From positions 96,001 through 160,000 of the forward strand of contig CAWEPZ010000013.1 of NCBI GenBank assembly GCA_963811105.1: 64,000 bases of DNA, written 5' to 3'. Under the pieces are notes generated by a model. The model made no database searches, was not told the origin of the DNA, and was given only the letters and a program-made list of their open reading frames with translations. This DNA comes from Candidatus Bathyarchaeota archaeon (GTDB lineage Archaea > Thermoproteota > Bathyarchaeia > Bathyarchaeales > Bathycorpusculaceae). The translations under genes were made by a program, and so were the position numbers. Positions 32,333-43,155 of the stretch are shown piece by piece (the first letter of the stretch is position 1; every line of letters starts with the position of its first letter).

Positions 32333-32515
32333 GTGGCTGAACCAGTTTTTGAGTGGTATAAAGATAAAGTGGGAAAATATCGATTTAGGTTGAAAGCAGC
32401 TAACGGAGAAATAATTGCAGTCGGTGAATCGTATTCTTCAAAAGAAGCTTGTGTAGCCGGCATTGAATCTATTAAGAAGAACGCTCCAATTGCCAAAATA
32501 GTGGAAGCAAAATAG
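32333..32515 (+). CDS. YegP/DUF1508 family protein
   Basis: FEWYKDKVGKYRFRLKAANGEIIAVGESYSSK...GIESIKKNAP; GGTGA SD before GTG. Confidence 0.88.
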   Translation: MAEPVFEWYKDKVGKYRFRLKAANGEIIAVGESYSSKEACVAGIESIKKNAPIAKIVEAK

Positions 32516-32729
32516 TAGTACAAAAACCAAAAGCCCTACAAACAAAAAAATTGCTTACAAGGTAAGGGAAAGCTGCAAGAGATCGACGATTTTCTTAATT
32601 TCTTTCTTTTTTTGATTTCATTTTCTTTCTTTATATAGCAGTATCTTCGAGCGAGCAGCTGAATTAGGGCAAGACATAGCTCGATCCATGAACTTAAAAG
32701 GGAATGGCTCCTAAACAATGAATTGGAGA

Positions 32730-33100
32730 TTGGACGAAATGTACTTTGTGTATCTGTTGATACAAATCGTTGTAGCTACCGTGATACTTGCTCCAGTGTT
32801 GTGGATTGTTGGAAATTAGTTTGCAGTCAAAGAGAAGGCAAAATTCACCGATGCAGTTTGAATTGGAGTTCTGGGAGTAGTAATTAGTGAAGTCATTAGC
32901 TTCTTTTTCAGCGACTTGCTTAGATCAATACTTGGAACATTAATCATGATAGTGGTTTGGCTGGCGTTGATCACTCACCTCTTCGACGCGGGTTGCTTAA
33001 AGAACTTGTTATACCCATAATTGCAGGGATAATCTGCTGGGTCATATCAATAATACTATCGGCAATAACAGTAGCATTGGAGTTCTCACCACTGCCTCTT
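32730..33100 (+). pseudogene. Multi-pass membrane protein remnant
   Basis: IVVATVILAPVLWIVG*...KAKFTDAV*IGVLG...VWLALI, with internal stops and a frameshift. Confidence 0.55.
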
Positions 33101-33691
33101 TGTGGTAAAAATCTGATAAGAAATCCTACCTCTCACTTTTTTGGTTGCAACTTCTTAATCTATGCGATCATGGCTCTATACTCCATTCTTTCTTTCGCAA
33201 GCAAACTACCGCTCTTACATAGCAAAAAATAACATAAACTATTCTTGAGTGGTTCTATAATGCCAATGAGAACACACATTTAGCTAGATAAAATGCACGA
33301 TTCATATTTTTGATTCATAAAGCTTATCTTATTTCTTGAACTTCACTGATTAAGAAAGATACACGAAAACCGGACATAAAGGCATATTTTACAAAGTTAT
33401 CAAGAGAGACATAAATGAAAAACCAAAAGAAACGCCAAAGGGAAAGACGCAGGAAAATTTTAGAGAATGAAGAATGAAAGCTAACGATAAATGTCCTTCG
33501 CGCAGTTCAACTGAGATCGAAACAGATTATGTAAGCGAATCAGTATTTATTGTTTGAAAGATTTGCAGAGCAATACAGTCAAAAAGCTAGTTTAATAAAT
33601 ACTATTTTAAACATATGTGGGTATTAAGAGTTAAGTATCAAAGATGATTAATATGGCATCGAGTTTCTCTTTTCTCACCCTCAAGTTTCCT

Positions 33692-33943
33692 TCAATGTAT
33701 CTCTGGCAGGTTTTGTAGAAAAGAAAAACCATTCAAATGAATTAACTTGAACACGAGTTACAGCGAATAACAAGCTCTTTCAAACCTTGCTTGTTGTAAC
33801 CTTCGCCTCCACAATTGAATATACCTCTTTGGTACAATTCATCAGGAAATATGGCAGCTCTATGTCTGGGGCAGGCCAAATCTCCGCTTCCATCTATTTT
33901 TGTTAAATCCAATCTACACATTTGTGTTTCCTTATTTTTTCAC
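33692..33943 (-). pseudogene. Small zinc-ribbon protein remnant
   Basis: LDLTKIDGSGDLACPRH...FPDE / ELVIRCNSCSS / IHLNGF across frameshifts; AGGAG SD before GTG. Confidence 0.5.
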
Positions 33944-34114
33944 GTCTCCTTTGAAAGGTTATTTTCTGGGTCTCTAAGATGCAAAAATATTGATCGATTT
34001 ATCAGATTTTCAGTAAAATCTTAACCAAATTCATACGGGATTCACTTCATCAGTTACTTGTTATAGCTTCCAGACAATCACACATGTTTAATTGTTAATC
34101 AACATGTAATTCTC

Positions 34115-34351
34115 TTGTGTGCTAAAATGACAATTAATGACCGACTGGGAATTATCCGTTTCTGCGAAAGACCGAAAGACAAAGGCAGAATTATGGACCG
34201 GCTAGGTTTGAATTATATTCAGACAGAATCCTATTTGGCAATTCTCACGAAACAAAGTTTACTTATGCAAAACGATGGGAAATATGTAGTTACTATGAGA
34301 GGACAAGGCTACCTTTCTTCCAGCGACAGAATCAGCAAAATCAAAATCTAA
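34115..34351 (+). CDS. Small winged-helix transcription regulator
   Basis: IMDRLGLNY...YLAIL....LL...GKYVVT.RG pattern (COG3432-like). Confidence 0.7.
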   Translation: MCAKMTINDRLGIIRFCERPKDKGRIMDRLGLNYIQTESYLAILTKQSLLMQNDGKYVVTMRGQGYLSSSDRISKIKI

Positions 34352-34824
34352 ATTTCGGCTGGAATAGATTTTAATCTCGCCCGAAAACGACCCATTCTGA
34401 TAAGTGCAAATTATAAAGAAGCAGGCTTAAGCCAAAGCCATTAAAAACTACCTCTCGAATCTGTTTTTTTTCGCGATAATTGGGAACAATTCGGGACAAA
34501 TGAGGACAATTAGGGATATTTACAAGGGATATTTCTAGACGCACCTGCAAACAAAACAAACATTAAATCAAAAAAACCAACCCAAAACACGAAGAAAAAA
34601 AATTCTCAGCAAAACACCAATAACACCCACCTACAGAATTCTGATAAAACAAAACACAAAAAACGCCTTTAACTTTCTTTGACTTCTTTTGACTTAACCT
34701 TCAAACTATTCAAACCCTAATTTAGCCTGCAAATTTACTGGTTTTCCTAAACCCTAGTTTAAACTTCACTGACTAAGAGTGAGTTGTTCGGTCATAAATG
34801 ACTTTCGGCTATTTCTCTGACATT

Positions 34825-34867
34825 TGTGGGTTTCGGCAAAATAAGCGTTACTACAGTATCAATTCAA
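34825..34867. repeat. 43-bp element downstream of histidine kinase 2 (copy B)
   Basis: TGTGGGTTTCGGCAAAATAAGCGTTACTACAGTATCAATTCAA; 32/43 identical to 42-84. Confidence 0.7.
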
Positions 34868-34915
34868 CATTTTTGTCTAAAATTGAGATTGAGTTTGGAT
34901 CTTTTTGCTAGTTGA

Positions 34916-37900
34916 TTATTTAGGTTTTGTTGGAAGAGTAACTGTGAACTTTGTTCCCTTGTTTACTTTTGTTTTCACTTTTATAGTGCCCCCATGTGCC
35001 TCTATGATACTTTTACAAATAGCTAAACCAAAACCCATTCCTTGCGCCTTCGTAGTGAACAAAGGAGAGAAAAGTTTTTGCAAAGTCTCCTCAGGTATAC
35101 CTGTGCCAGTGTCAACGAAAGCAATTTTCACATGGTCTCTTGTTTGGCAACTACTTATTTCAACTGTTCCCTTATCAGGCGTCGCATCAATTGCATTCTT
35201 GATAAGGTTTATGAAAACACGCATCATCTTGTCAGCGTCAACCCAAATCTGAGTCTCTTCATGAACATGGTTTACGATTCGTATTCGGTCTGGAACCTGA
35301 ATCATCCTCGTAGCCTCATCCACAAGGGTACGCGCTGCATATTTTGTGAGCTCAAGACGCATCTTTCTTGAATAATCTAGCAGATCGTTTATGATTTTGT
35401 TGGAATGGTCAATGCATTTGTCTATGGTTTCAAGCATTTCTTTAAACTGAGTTTCAGAAATTGCTAGACCCTTCTTCTTCAAGAAATAAGCAGCATTTTT
35501 TATGCCTGTCAATGGGTTACGTAGATCGTGCCCAACCATGCCAGCTAGTTCGCCTATAGCTGCTAAACGTTCAGAATTGACAAGTCTCTCATTAGCATCC
35601 TTCAACTGGGCAGTTCTCAAATCAACCATGCATTTCAAATGCTCCGAATAGTTTTTTACTTTTCTTTCCAAAACCTTGCGGTGCTCTTCAGCTTTCTTGC
35701 GTTCAGTTATGTCTATGGCAATCTCCACTGCCGAAGTAATATTTCCATGCTCATCCGTAATTGGGGTAGCGATTATTTCAACCCAATATGGATTGCCATC
35801 GACGGTCGTAGAGAAGTATTCATGGGAGTCAAGATTTGTTTGTCCAGCGTAAATTTTTGCCACACCGCAATCTGAGCATGGTGCATCTAGATTGTTAAGT
35901 GTTGAATAGCACAATTTTCCGACAGTATCGCCTTTGTATCGTTTTATAAAGTCGTTTGCCCAAACCACTTGGTAGTCTTTATTGACAATTACCAGACCAG
36001 CACCGATTGCTTCCGAAACTGATTTAAACTTATTGCGCTCTTCCACAAGGAACCCTTCAGTTTTCTTGCGCTCTGTGATGTCAATGACTAAACCTCTAAG
36101 TCCAATTACTTTGTCTTCAAAAATAATGGGCGCTGTTCTAACTATCGCTGAATACTTTGAGCCGTTTTTTCTGTAAAGTGTATATTCGTGACCTTCACGA
36201 CCTCTCCCTGATAAAGCCTTCTTTATGTTTTCTTTCGCAATTTCTCGTTCCTCTGGAACAACAAACTGCAGCATATTCATACCCTTTTCGAGTTCTTCGG
36301 GTGTGAAGCCCGTTAATTCAAAAGCTCTTTGACTGAAGAAAGTAATCTTTCCTGATAGATCAGCCTCAAAAACTATATCAGGCAAAAAGTTAGCCAGTTC
36401 TCGATACCTCGCTTCACTTTTTCTAACAACCTCCTCAGACTTCTTGCAACTGGAAACATCTCTAATTACACCTAAGGTAAGTTGTTGATGGTTTGCTTCA
36501 ACCACAGAAATTGAAATCTGCAAAGGAAATATTTGTCCACTTTTTCTGATACCAAAAACTTCACGATTTTGCACTTTTCCATCTGACCGAAGATTAGAAA
36601 CTATTTCTTGTATATCTATTGGGTTTGCCCATAAACTAAGTTCTAAAGAAGTCTTACCTATTGCTTCTAGTCGATTATACCCAAACACTTCCTCAAAGGG
36701 TTCGTTAATCTCGAGAATTTTGCCATCATCTAAAGTGCCAATATAAAAGGCATCAGGGCTTGTAAGAAATGCTTTCCTAAATCTCTCTTCACTTTCGAAT
36801 AATGCCTCTTCGTTTGTCTTTCGTTCCGAAATATCTAAGACAATGCCTCTAAGACCTGTGACTGTATCTTTACAGATACGAGGTGTTGCCGTAATTAGTG
36901 CAGGGAAAGTTGTACCGTCTTTCCGCAAGAACGTGTATTCAGCTGGAACATAGCTGCCTCCTAACAGTAACCTTTGGATGTTTTTTGTTGCTCTTGCTCT
37001 ATCTTCAGGAATAACAAACTGTATTATGTTCAAACCTTTTTCAATTTCAACAAGAGAATAGCCAGAAATTTCTGCAGCCCTTTCATTAGCAAATTCTAAT
37101 TGTCCTCTTACATCTGTTTCAAAAACAATATCAGGCAAACAATTTGCCAGCTCTCTATACCTCTGTTCACTTTCACGCAGAATCTCCTCAGAAATCTTAT
37201 TTTCATTAATATCTAAGAACATGCCCTGAACGGCAGGCTGTCCATCAAAATCAATCCTATTTGCGAACGCGCTCAACCAAGTTACAGAACTGTCTTTTCT
37301 TACCGCACGAAGCTCATAGTATTCATCTGCAGGTTTGCTCATCAAACGATTTTCCATGCGTTTAAAAAAAGCAGCCCTGTCTTCATGGTATACCAACTCC
37401 ATTATTCTCTCGGGCGAAAGAGACATTAACTCATTCGGTGAATAACCCAAGATTTTACCAATTGCATCGTTGGCAAAAACTAGCCTGAGCGGAGCCGCTT
37501 TCATTACTAATATACCTTGAAGTGATTTCTCTACCAGCACGCGATATTTTGATTCTGATTCCGCAAGTAGCTGTGCTGACTTTTTCCGTTCTACGGTCTT
37601 GTTTATAGCATGTACTAATTCACAGTAAACAGTTTCTGGTGAACCGTTTTTATTGAGATAACTATCAGCGCCTAAATTCAAAGCTTTCACAGCAACATCT
37701 TCTCTGCCTTTTCCTGTGAATAAGATAAATGAAATTTGATTGTTTTGTTCTCTAAGTTCTTTTAAAAAGACTAATCCGTTTTTCTGGGGCATTTCATAAT
37801 CGGAAACCACTACATCATAAGTTTGTTGCTCCATTTTATTGAATGCTTCTTCAACAGATAAAGTAGTGTCGATCTCAAAATTATTCTCCATTGACAGTAT

Positions 37901-37981
37901 CTGTTTTGAAACTTCAAGAAAACAAATATCATCGTCAACATGCAAAATATGGATGGGACTCTTATTGTTTGAAGCCGCCAA
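34916..37981 (-). CDS. Hybrid sensor histidine kinase: receiver, about five PAS domains, HisKA/HATPase
   Basis: LHVDDD, SDYEMP; PAS repeats; H-box GHDLRNPL, N-box NLIKNA, DTGTG, FTTK, GMGFGL. Confidence 0.93.
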   Translation of the reverse strand: MAASNNKSPIHILHVDDDICFLEVSKQILSMENNFEIDTTLSVEEAFNKMEQQTYDVVVSDYEMPQKNGLVFLKELREQNNQISFILFTGKGREDVAVKALNLGADSYLNKNGSPETVYCELVHAINKTVERKKSAQLLAESESKYRVLVEKSLQGILVMKAAPLRLVFANDAIGKILGYSPNELMSLSPERIMELVYHEDRAAFFKRMENRLMSKPADEYYELRAVRKDSSVTWLSAFANRIDFDGQPAVQGMFLDINENKISEEILRESEQRYRELANCLPDIVFETDVRGQLEFANERAAEISGYSLVEIEKGLNIIQFVIPEDRARATKNIQRLLLGGSYVPAEYTFLRKDGTTFPALITATPRICKDTVTGLRGIVLDISERKTNEEALFESEERFRKAFLTSPDAFYIGTLDDGKILEINEPFEEVFGYNRLEAIGKTSLELSLWANPIDIQEIVSNLRSDGKVQNREVFGIRKSGQIFPLQISISVVEANHQQLTLGVIRDVSSCKKSEEVVRKSEARYRELANFLPDIVFEADLSGKITFFSQRAFELTGFTPEELEKGMNMLQFVVPEEREIAKENIKKALSGRGREGHEYTLYRKNGSKYSAIVRTAPIIFEDKVIGLRGLVIDITERKKTEGFLVEERNKFKSVSEAIGAGLVIVNKDYQVVWANDFIKRYKGDTVGKLCYSTLNNLDAPCSDCGVAKIYAGQTNLDSHEYFSTTVDGNPYWVEIIATPITDEHGNITSAVEIAIDITERKKAEEHRKVLERKVKNYSEHLKCMVDLRTAQLKDANERLVNSERLAAIGELAGMVGHDLRNPLTGIKNAAYFLKKKGLAISETQFKEMLETIDKCIDHSNKIINDLLDYSRKMRLELTKYAARTLVDEATRMIQVPDRIRIVNHVHEETQIWVDADKMMRVFINLIKNAIDATPDKGTVEISSCQTRDHVKIAFVDTGTGIPEETLQKLFSPLFTTKAQGMGFGLAICKSIIEAHGGTIKVKTKVNKGTKFTVTLPTKPK

Positions 37982-38062
37982 GTCAGGTAATTCTACAACT
38001 ATTCGATTTTGGTCGAGGTGTTGAATTAGCCATGCCCCAACTTACGTAGTTAATGAGTTGAT

Positions 38063-38087
38063 TATAAGTCGGTTATGAATTTAGGAT
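38063..38087 (-). promoter_or_regulatory. Shared extended promoter motif, copy B
   Basis: Minus strand ATCCTAAATTCATAACCGACTTATA; 22/25 identical to 40635-40659. Confidence 0.65.
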
Positions 38088-38345
38088 ACTAAATGCAACC
38101 TATCCTAAATAGAAAAAGAATTGAAAGCATGTAAGTATTACTCAATACACGACTTTTGAATCGTATCCGTTTCTCTGGAGTACCTATTGGATAGCATTTT
38201 CAGTCATAATAGCCTCAGCTGTTTTGCTCCTTCGGAAACGTGCAGACAAAACAAGAGACGACACAAAAATCGTCCTAAACAAACTTCTTTTCCTCTTTTT
38301 GTTTTATCAAACAAGTATTCAAAACCAAAAAATGAGGCGTACAAA

Positions 38346-38703
38346 ATGAGCGGTGAAAGAGTAACAAAAGCTCTAACAAGATTTGGGTTTGCAAAGAAGG
38401 ACATGGAGGCTTATGTTTTTCTTGCACGAATGGGACTTGATGAAGCGACTTCAATTGAAATGGCGCTAAATATTTATTATCAAGGACTTGCTAACCGCTT
38501 AAAGATTTTGGAAAGCAAGGGAATAATTAGAAGAATGGGGAATTAGCTTTCTGTACATTTTTTGCCGATCTATTTGAAAAAGCGGTGGATCTGTGTTTGA
38601 GGCTAATTTGAAGCAAGCTGAGGCTGCTGAGAGAAACAAAAAAGTGATTCTGAAATATTGGGCTTCTATGCTGAAAGAAAACATGATTGATGATCAGCCC
38701 TGA
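38346..38703 (+). pseudogene. TrmB-family wHTH regulator, disrupted
   Basis: MSGERVTKALTRFGF...AYVFLA...LKILESKGII, then TAG at 38544; the tail FEKAVDL / EANLKQAE...ILKYWASM continues in other frames. Confidence 0.65.
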
Positions 38704-38900
38704 AGAGAAGTTTAAATTGTTGGTTGACTGCTTTGTCGTTTTGGCGCACTGAGTTTAAGTGAATTCTTTTATCAGTTCTTATGTCTTTTTTGTATATATC
38801 AGTTTTCGTAATATGTCCAAACCTGAAATAATGCTATATTAAGTCTTAAGATGCACGTAAGTAACAAGACAGATCCAAATGCATAAGAGAGGCACAAAAT

Positions 38901-39266
38901 TTGAACCGTATACAAAATGAATGTTTGGAGGAAATTCCCCTAATACTCAAAACCTCAGGTTTTGAAAATATCCTTATTGAAGCAATAGACGAAACGTTTT
39001 CAAAGTTAAGTATGCCTGTGAATAAAGCGTTCTATTCTTTCTTAAAGGTCAACTACAAATTAACCAAAGAGAACATAACCAGTGGAATCGGGGATTTCGT
39101 AGATGGGCTCCAAAAAATTTTTGGAACAGGTGCACCTCTACTTGAAATTGACATAATCAAAAACTTGCAACAGAAAACTCCTTCGTTTATCTACTTGCTG
39201 GATAGCCCAGATTTGAGTTTTGAAGATTACTTGCAATCATTAAATCGCTATCTTGAAAATCTTTAG
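38901..39266 (+). CDS. NitrOD5/DUF3227-type output-domain protein
   Basis: LIEAIDETF...FYSFLK....L...I...IGDF..GLQKIFGTGAPLLE; paralogue of 11983. Confidence 0.72.
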   Translation: MNRIQNECLEEIPLILKTSGFENILIEAIDETFSKLSMPVNKAFYSFLKVNYKLTKENITSGIGDFVDGLQKIFGTGAPLLEIDIIKNLQQKTPSFIYLLDSPDLSFEDYLQSLNRYLENL

Positions 39267-39541
39267 ATAATTTTTTAGATTTTTTCGTTATTTTATTGCG
39301 TATTTGTGTTGTGCAGTATTTTTTAGCTGTTTACTTGGCGTTTGCGTGTAAGTTCTTAATGGGGGTTGGCTTGTTTTTTCATTATTTTTTGATTATTATT
39401 GGCTTTTTGTTGCAGTTTGATATGCTTGCTTTATGTCTTAAGCTTTATAGGGTGCCTTATTCTATATTGAGATTCATGCAGCAATATGTCTGATTAAGGA
39501 CATATTGTACACATGTACAACAAAAATACCGAGGGAAAAAA

Positions 39542-39940
39542 ATGAGCATAATGCACAAAAACATCCAAGCAAAACTTACGAAGAATCTGTTAGACCTAAT
39601 AATTCTCCAACTACTCGAAAACCATCCAATGCATGGTTACGAGGTAATAATGACAATCCGCAAAACCTTCGGCGTAACCTTCGGCGCCAGCACAATATAC
39701 CCTCTACTAAATACTATGGAAAAAAAGAGATACATAAAATGCGAATGGAACATGAATAGCGAAAGACCAAGGAAAGTCTACGCATTAACGAACGATGGCA
39801 AAAATTTGCTTGATTACACTACTGGTTCCCTTAGGACAATTTGCAGAACCATAGGTACAGATATTGTTAATGGCCACGATGACCATGTTCAAATCAAAGT
39901 TGCAGAAAGTCAAAATCACAAAGAGCATTACGCTGTTTAG
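39542..39940 (+). CDS. PadR-family transcriptional regulator
   Basis: LLDLIILQLL...PMHGYE...TIYPLL...RPRKVYALT.DG. Confidence 0.9.
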   Translation: MSIMHKNIQAKLTKNLLDLIILQLLENHPMHGYEVIMTIRKTFGVTFGASTIYPLLNTMEKKRYIKCEWNMNSERPRKVYALTNDGKNLLDYTTGSLRTICRTIGTDIVNGHDDHVQIKVAESQNHKEHYAV

Positions 39941-40089
39941 AGTAAAAAGTATAGTTTGTTCTGCTTGAAAGAGCGTCAATCGCTTGGAATAGCTTATAGT
40001 TGGATCAGCTTAGTAAGTTATGAATTGAAAATCCAAAAAATCTGGTAAATAATGTTTGGAGCTCAATTAACAGAAAATATAAAAAAAGT

Positions 40090-40383
40090 TTAGCAGAGAA
40101 AAGGTGCTTGTCGAATTTCGTTTTCTTCTATAGGAAATACTTGTTTTATTTGGCCGAATGCTTTTAGTATTGAAAAGCCTCTTGTGGTAATTGCGTAGAC
40201 GACTTTTTGTTTTCTAAGAATTCTCTTTTCAACCAAGCCGTTTTTCACTAGAAATTCTAATTCAGTTTTTAAGATTTGGCAATTAACGTTCGATTTGTAC
40301 ATTATATGAGTTAGCTTCAGCTGCCCTTTGAAAGCTAAAACTTCAAGTATGTCTATGTATACTTCAAGCTTAGATCGTCGCAT
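40090..40383 (-). CDS. Winged-helix transcription regulator (COG3432-like)
   Basis: MRRSKLE.YIDIL...LTHIMYKSNVN...L.FL...GLV...YAIT.RG. Confidence 0.88.
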   Translation of the reverse strand: MRRSKLEVYIDILEVLAFKGQLKLTHIMYKSNVNCQILKTELEFLVKNGLVEKRILRKQKVVYAITTRGFSILKAFGQIKQVFPIEENEIRQAPFLC

Positions 40384-40588
40384 TTGGAACTTCGACCCCT
40401 ATGTTTGAATAGTACTGAAGTTTCAATTCCGCCTCGTTTAGTGCTATCAGTCTGTTTTCGAAGGCTGTTGCAAGATCATCTATTAGTATGTCTTGCACTC
40501 CAGCTGAAAGCGATTTGATATTATCGTATAAGGCTTCAGCCATTTTATGTTTCAACTGCGCCCGATTCTTGCTCACTATTTGTTTCAT
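40370..40588 (-). CDS. Small hypothetical protein overlapping the wHTH gene
   Basis: 72-aa ORF overlapping the next start by 14 nt; ILIDDLATAFENRL helix; SD and TATA upstream. Confidence 0.7.
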   Translation of the reverse strand: MKQIVSKNRAQLKHKMAEALYDNIKSLSAGVQDILIDDLATAFENRLIALNEAELKLQYYSNIGVEVPNATI

Positions 40589-40634
40589 TTTGTTTTCCTT
40601 CCCTAATTCTCAACACCCACTATGAATGTGAATA

Positions 40635-40659
40635 TATAAGTCGCTTATGAATTCAGAAT
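40635..40659 (-). promoter_or_regulatory. Shared extended promoter motif, copy C
   Basis: Minus strand ATTCTGAATTCATAAGCGACTTATA, 47 nt upstream of the 40588 start. Confidence 0.65.
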
Positions 40660-40910
40660 CTATATGAACGAAGAAAAAAGCACGGCTTTAATTGATTAAT
40701 TTATTCTATTTTTAGTCCTCTTCTTTTAAATTTGTTACAGCAACTATTTTCACCATGACCAATTTATATGCTGTGGCACCTGAGTGTTAGAACATGTGCT
40801 TTGTTAAAACCTGAAGATTTATTGACTAAACAGTTCCTCTATGCAGTGTCTAGCATGAAGCAAGTTAGGCAACAACAAAAAAAAAGGGTAAGAATTTAAG
40901 TTTTTTAAGA

Positions 40911-43115
40911 CTAATATTTGTATTTCGATTGTTTTTGCAGTTCTTGAAGTTTTTTGAGATTTGGTGTTTTCTTTCGTTTTACTAAATATAAACTACTTAT
41001 CACTGCGGCAGCTGCGGCGATTATGATAATGGCAATGATTATTATTAGATTGTAGTTGTTCGAGGTGTTTCCATTATTACTTGTTCCGGTCAGCGTTATG
41101 CTAAGTGCCAACGGCTGGCCGTTATAGTCGATTGTTTCGTTTTGGGCAGGATGTGCTTGGTTAATTATTCTGAAAGTGTATGGTCCGGCTGTTGCATTTT
41201 GGAAGGTTACGTAGCCTGTCGCGTTCGTTATGTCAAATAATGTTGGCACGCCTAATGGTTGGGCGGTTGATGAAACTATTGTATTGTTTAATGGTATTCC
41301 TAGGCTATCCTCAATGAGCAACGTTATTGTCCCTCCGTTGGTTTTAGGGGTTAGCGTCGGAGTTGGCGTTGGACTTGCGGTCGCCGCTGGTGTTGAGGTG
41401 GGGGTTGGGGTTGTTGTGGGAGCGGGAGTTGGCGTTTGGGTTGGAGCTGGGGCTGGTGTGACGATTACTTGTGTCGTTCCCTGGGCGCTCAAGTATCCTG
41501 TTTTTGACCCGCTTGCCGTTATAGTGCAGTTTGTGGTTATGGAGAAACTTGGAGCAGTGAAACTTGTGTTGTAATAGCCGCTTCCTAGGTCTGTAATTGT
41601 TGAGAAGATTCCGCCGTTGTTTGACGCAAATGCGACCGTTGCTCCTGCCACTGGGGCTCCATTGGCGACTACGTAGGCAGTTATTGCCGTGTTATATCCA
41701 TTATTGATGCTAACTGGGCTAGCTGTTACTGTTATTTGTAGGGCTGAGAAATCAATTAGGTAGGTTGTTATTTGAGCTTGCCCGGTGGTATAGCCTGATG
41801 CTTGCGCAGTGATTGTATTGGTTCCTGGAGCATTTGTTACAGTGAAATTTCCTGTGGCTTGTGTTTTGCCAAAAGGTATTGTTAGTGTTAGACTGGCGGC
41901 TCCAACTGTTGGTAATGATGAGAATAGATTTATGCTTACGTTTGTCTGTGGGTCTTTTGCTGGTCTTCCCTGTGAGTCTTGCAGTTGTACTTGGATTGTT
42001 TGGTATGTTGCGTTATCTGATGGTAGACTTGCTGGAGCGCAGTAAACTGCTAGTTTTGATGGGTTGAAACCGGTTGTTGTTATAGTTTGTTGATCTCTTA
42101 GGAAGTTTGTGGCTACCGCGGTTATGGTTGCGGTGCCTGCTTTGTATGTCGAATTAATCGTTGCTAACGCGTAGGTTTGTGTTTGCTTTATCGTGATTTG
42201 TGAGTCAATTTTTCCTACTGTCTGGTCGTTTGATGCTACGGTTACAATTACGTCTGATTGAGCTAATGAGGAGTAACCTGAGGCGTTCTGCAGTTCGATT
42301 GCGATTTGTTGGTAAGAGTTTTGGTCAGCGAGAACTTGGGGCGGTCCTAAGAAGATTTTGAGTTGGTTTGCATTTGATGCTATCGGTGTAGTGTTGATTG
42401 TGACTTGTTTGGATGTGTAGCCTTGTGAAACAGCTGTTATTGTTGCTGATTCTGGCTTTGGATTAACTTCTGTTTCTGCTTTTGTTGTTGTGTTAAAGTT
42501 AACTGTGGCGTAAGTGTAGCCTTCAAGGATTGTGGTATTTTGATCCACTGTTCCTACACTTGTATCTGAGCATGAAAGTGCCACTTGTACGCCTCCTTGA
42601 GGGGCTCTAGCAGGTGAACCGGTTGAATCTTGAAGTTGTACCATTATGGATGGGTATGAGTTTCCGTCGGCAGGCAATGTGGATGGAAATCCGTAAACTG
42701 CTATTGCGGAAGGGATTGGTCCAATGGTGGCTACAAATGCTTGTACGGTTGCATAGCCTGTGGCAGAGGCTGATATTGTTGTTGTTCCTGGGCTGAATGT
42801 AGAGCTAAAATTTGCTGAAGCGTAAGAAGCTCCTTTAGGTATAGTGATTGATGAATCAATTGTGCCTACGTTGGTGAGTGAGGATGATAAGCTTATTGTT
42901 GTATCTTCTACTGCTCGGGTAGGTTGTCCGTTTGGATCCTGTAATTGTACAAAAACACATTTGTATGTATTATTATCTGCAAGCACGCTTGTTGGACCGA
43001 TGTAAATATTTAGTTTGGGAGAACTACTTGCAGAGCTAATGTTCTGAGTTGACACTAAAAATATCGCTGTTACAATACAAATAATTGCTGAAATTGTCGT
43101 TATTTTTTTTGACAT
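40911..43115 (-). CDS. Cell-surface protein with tandem Ig-like (invasin-type) repeats, Pro/Thr linker and TM anchor
   Basis: Signal peptide; four repeats P..L.AD..(S/T)Y..I.VQLQD..G.P; TPAPT linker; C-terminal TM + KRKK. Confidence 0.85.
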   Translation of the reverse strand: MSKKITTISAIICIVTAIFLVSTQNISSASSSPKLNIYIGPTSVLADNNTYKCVFVQLQDPNGQPTRAVEDTTISLSSSLTNVGTIDSSITIPKGASYASANFSSTFSPGTTTISASATGYATVQAFVATIGPIPSAIAVYGFPSTLPADGNSYPSIMVQLQDSTGSPARAPQGGVQVALSCSDTSVGTVDQNTTILEGYTYATVNFNTTTKAETEVNPKPESATITAVSQGYTSKQVTINTTPIASNANQLKIFLGPPQVLADQNSYQQIAIELQNASGYSSLAQSDVIVTVASNDQTVGKIDSQITIKQTQTYALATINSTYKAGTATITAVATNFLRDQQTITTTGFNPSKLAVYCAPASLPSDNATYQTIQVQLQDSQGRPAKDPQTNVSINLFSSLPTVGAASLTLTIPFGKTQATGNFTVTNAPGTNTITAQASGYTTGQAQITTYLIDFSALQITVTASPVSINNGYNTAITAYVVANGAPVAGATVAFASNNGGIFSTITDLGSGYYNTSFTAPSFSITTNCTITASGSKTGYLSAQGTTQVIVTPAPAPTQTPTPAPTTTPTPTSTPAATASPTPTPTLTPKTNGGTITLLIEDSLGIPLNNTIVSSTAQPLGVPTLFDITNATGYVTFQNATAGPYTFRIINQAHPAQNETIDYNGQPLALSITLTGTSNNGNTSNNYNLIIIIAIIIIAAAAAVISSLYLVKRKKTPNLKKLQELQKQSKYKY

Positions 43116-43155
43116 TATTTTTTTCCTCGAGTTAATGTGTTTGTTATTTATTTTT

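Noticed and set aside
41340-41460. Short tandem GGxGTT-like repeats as CRISPR or VNTR
   Set aside because: They encode the Pro/Thr linker of the surface protein; no repeat-spacer structure exists anywhere in the window.
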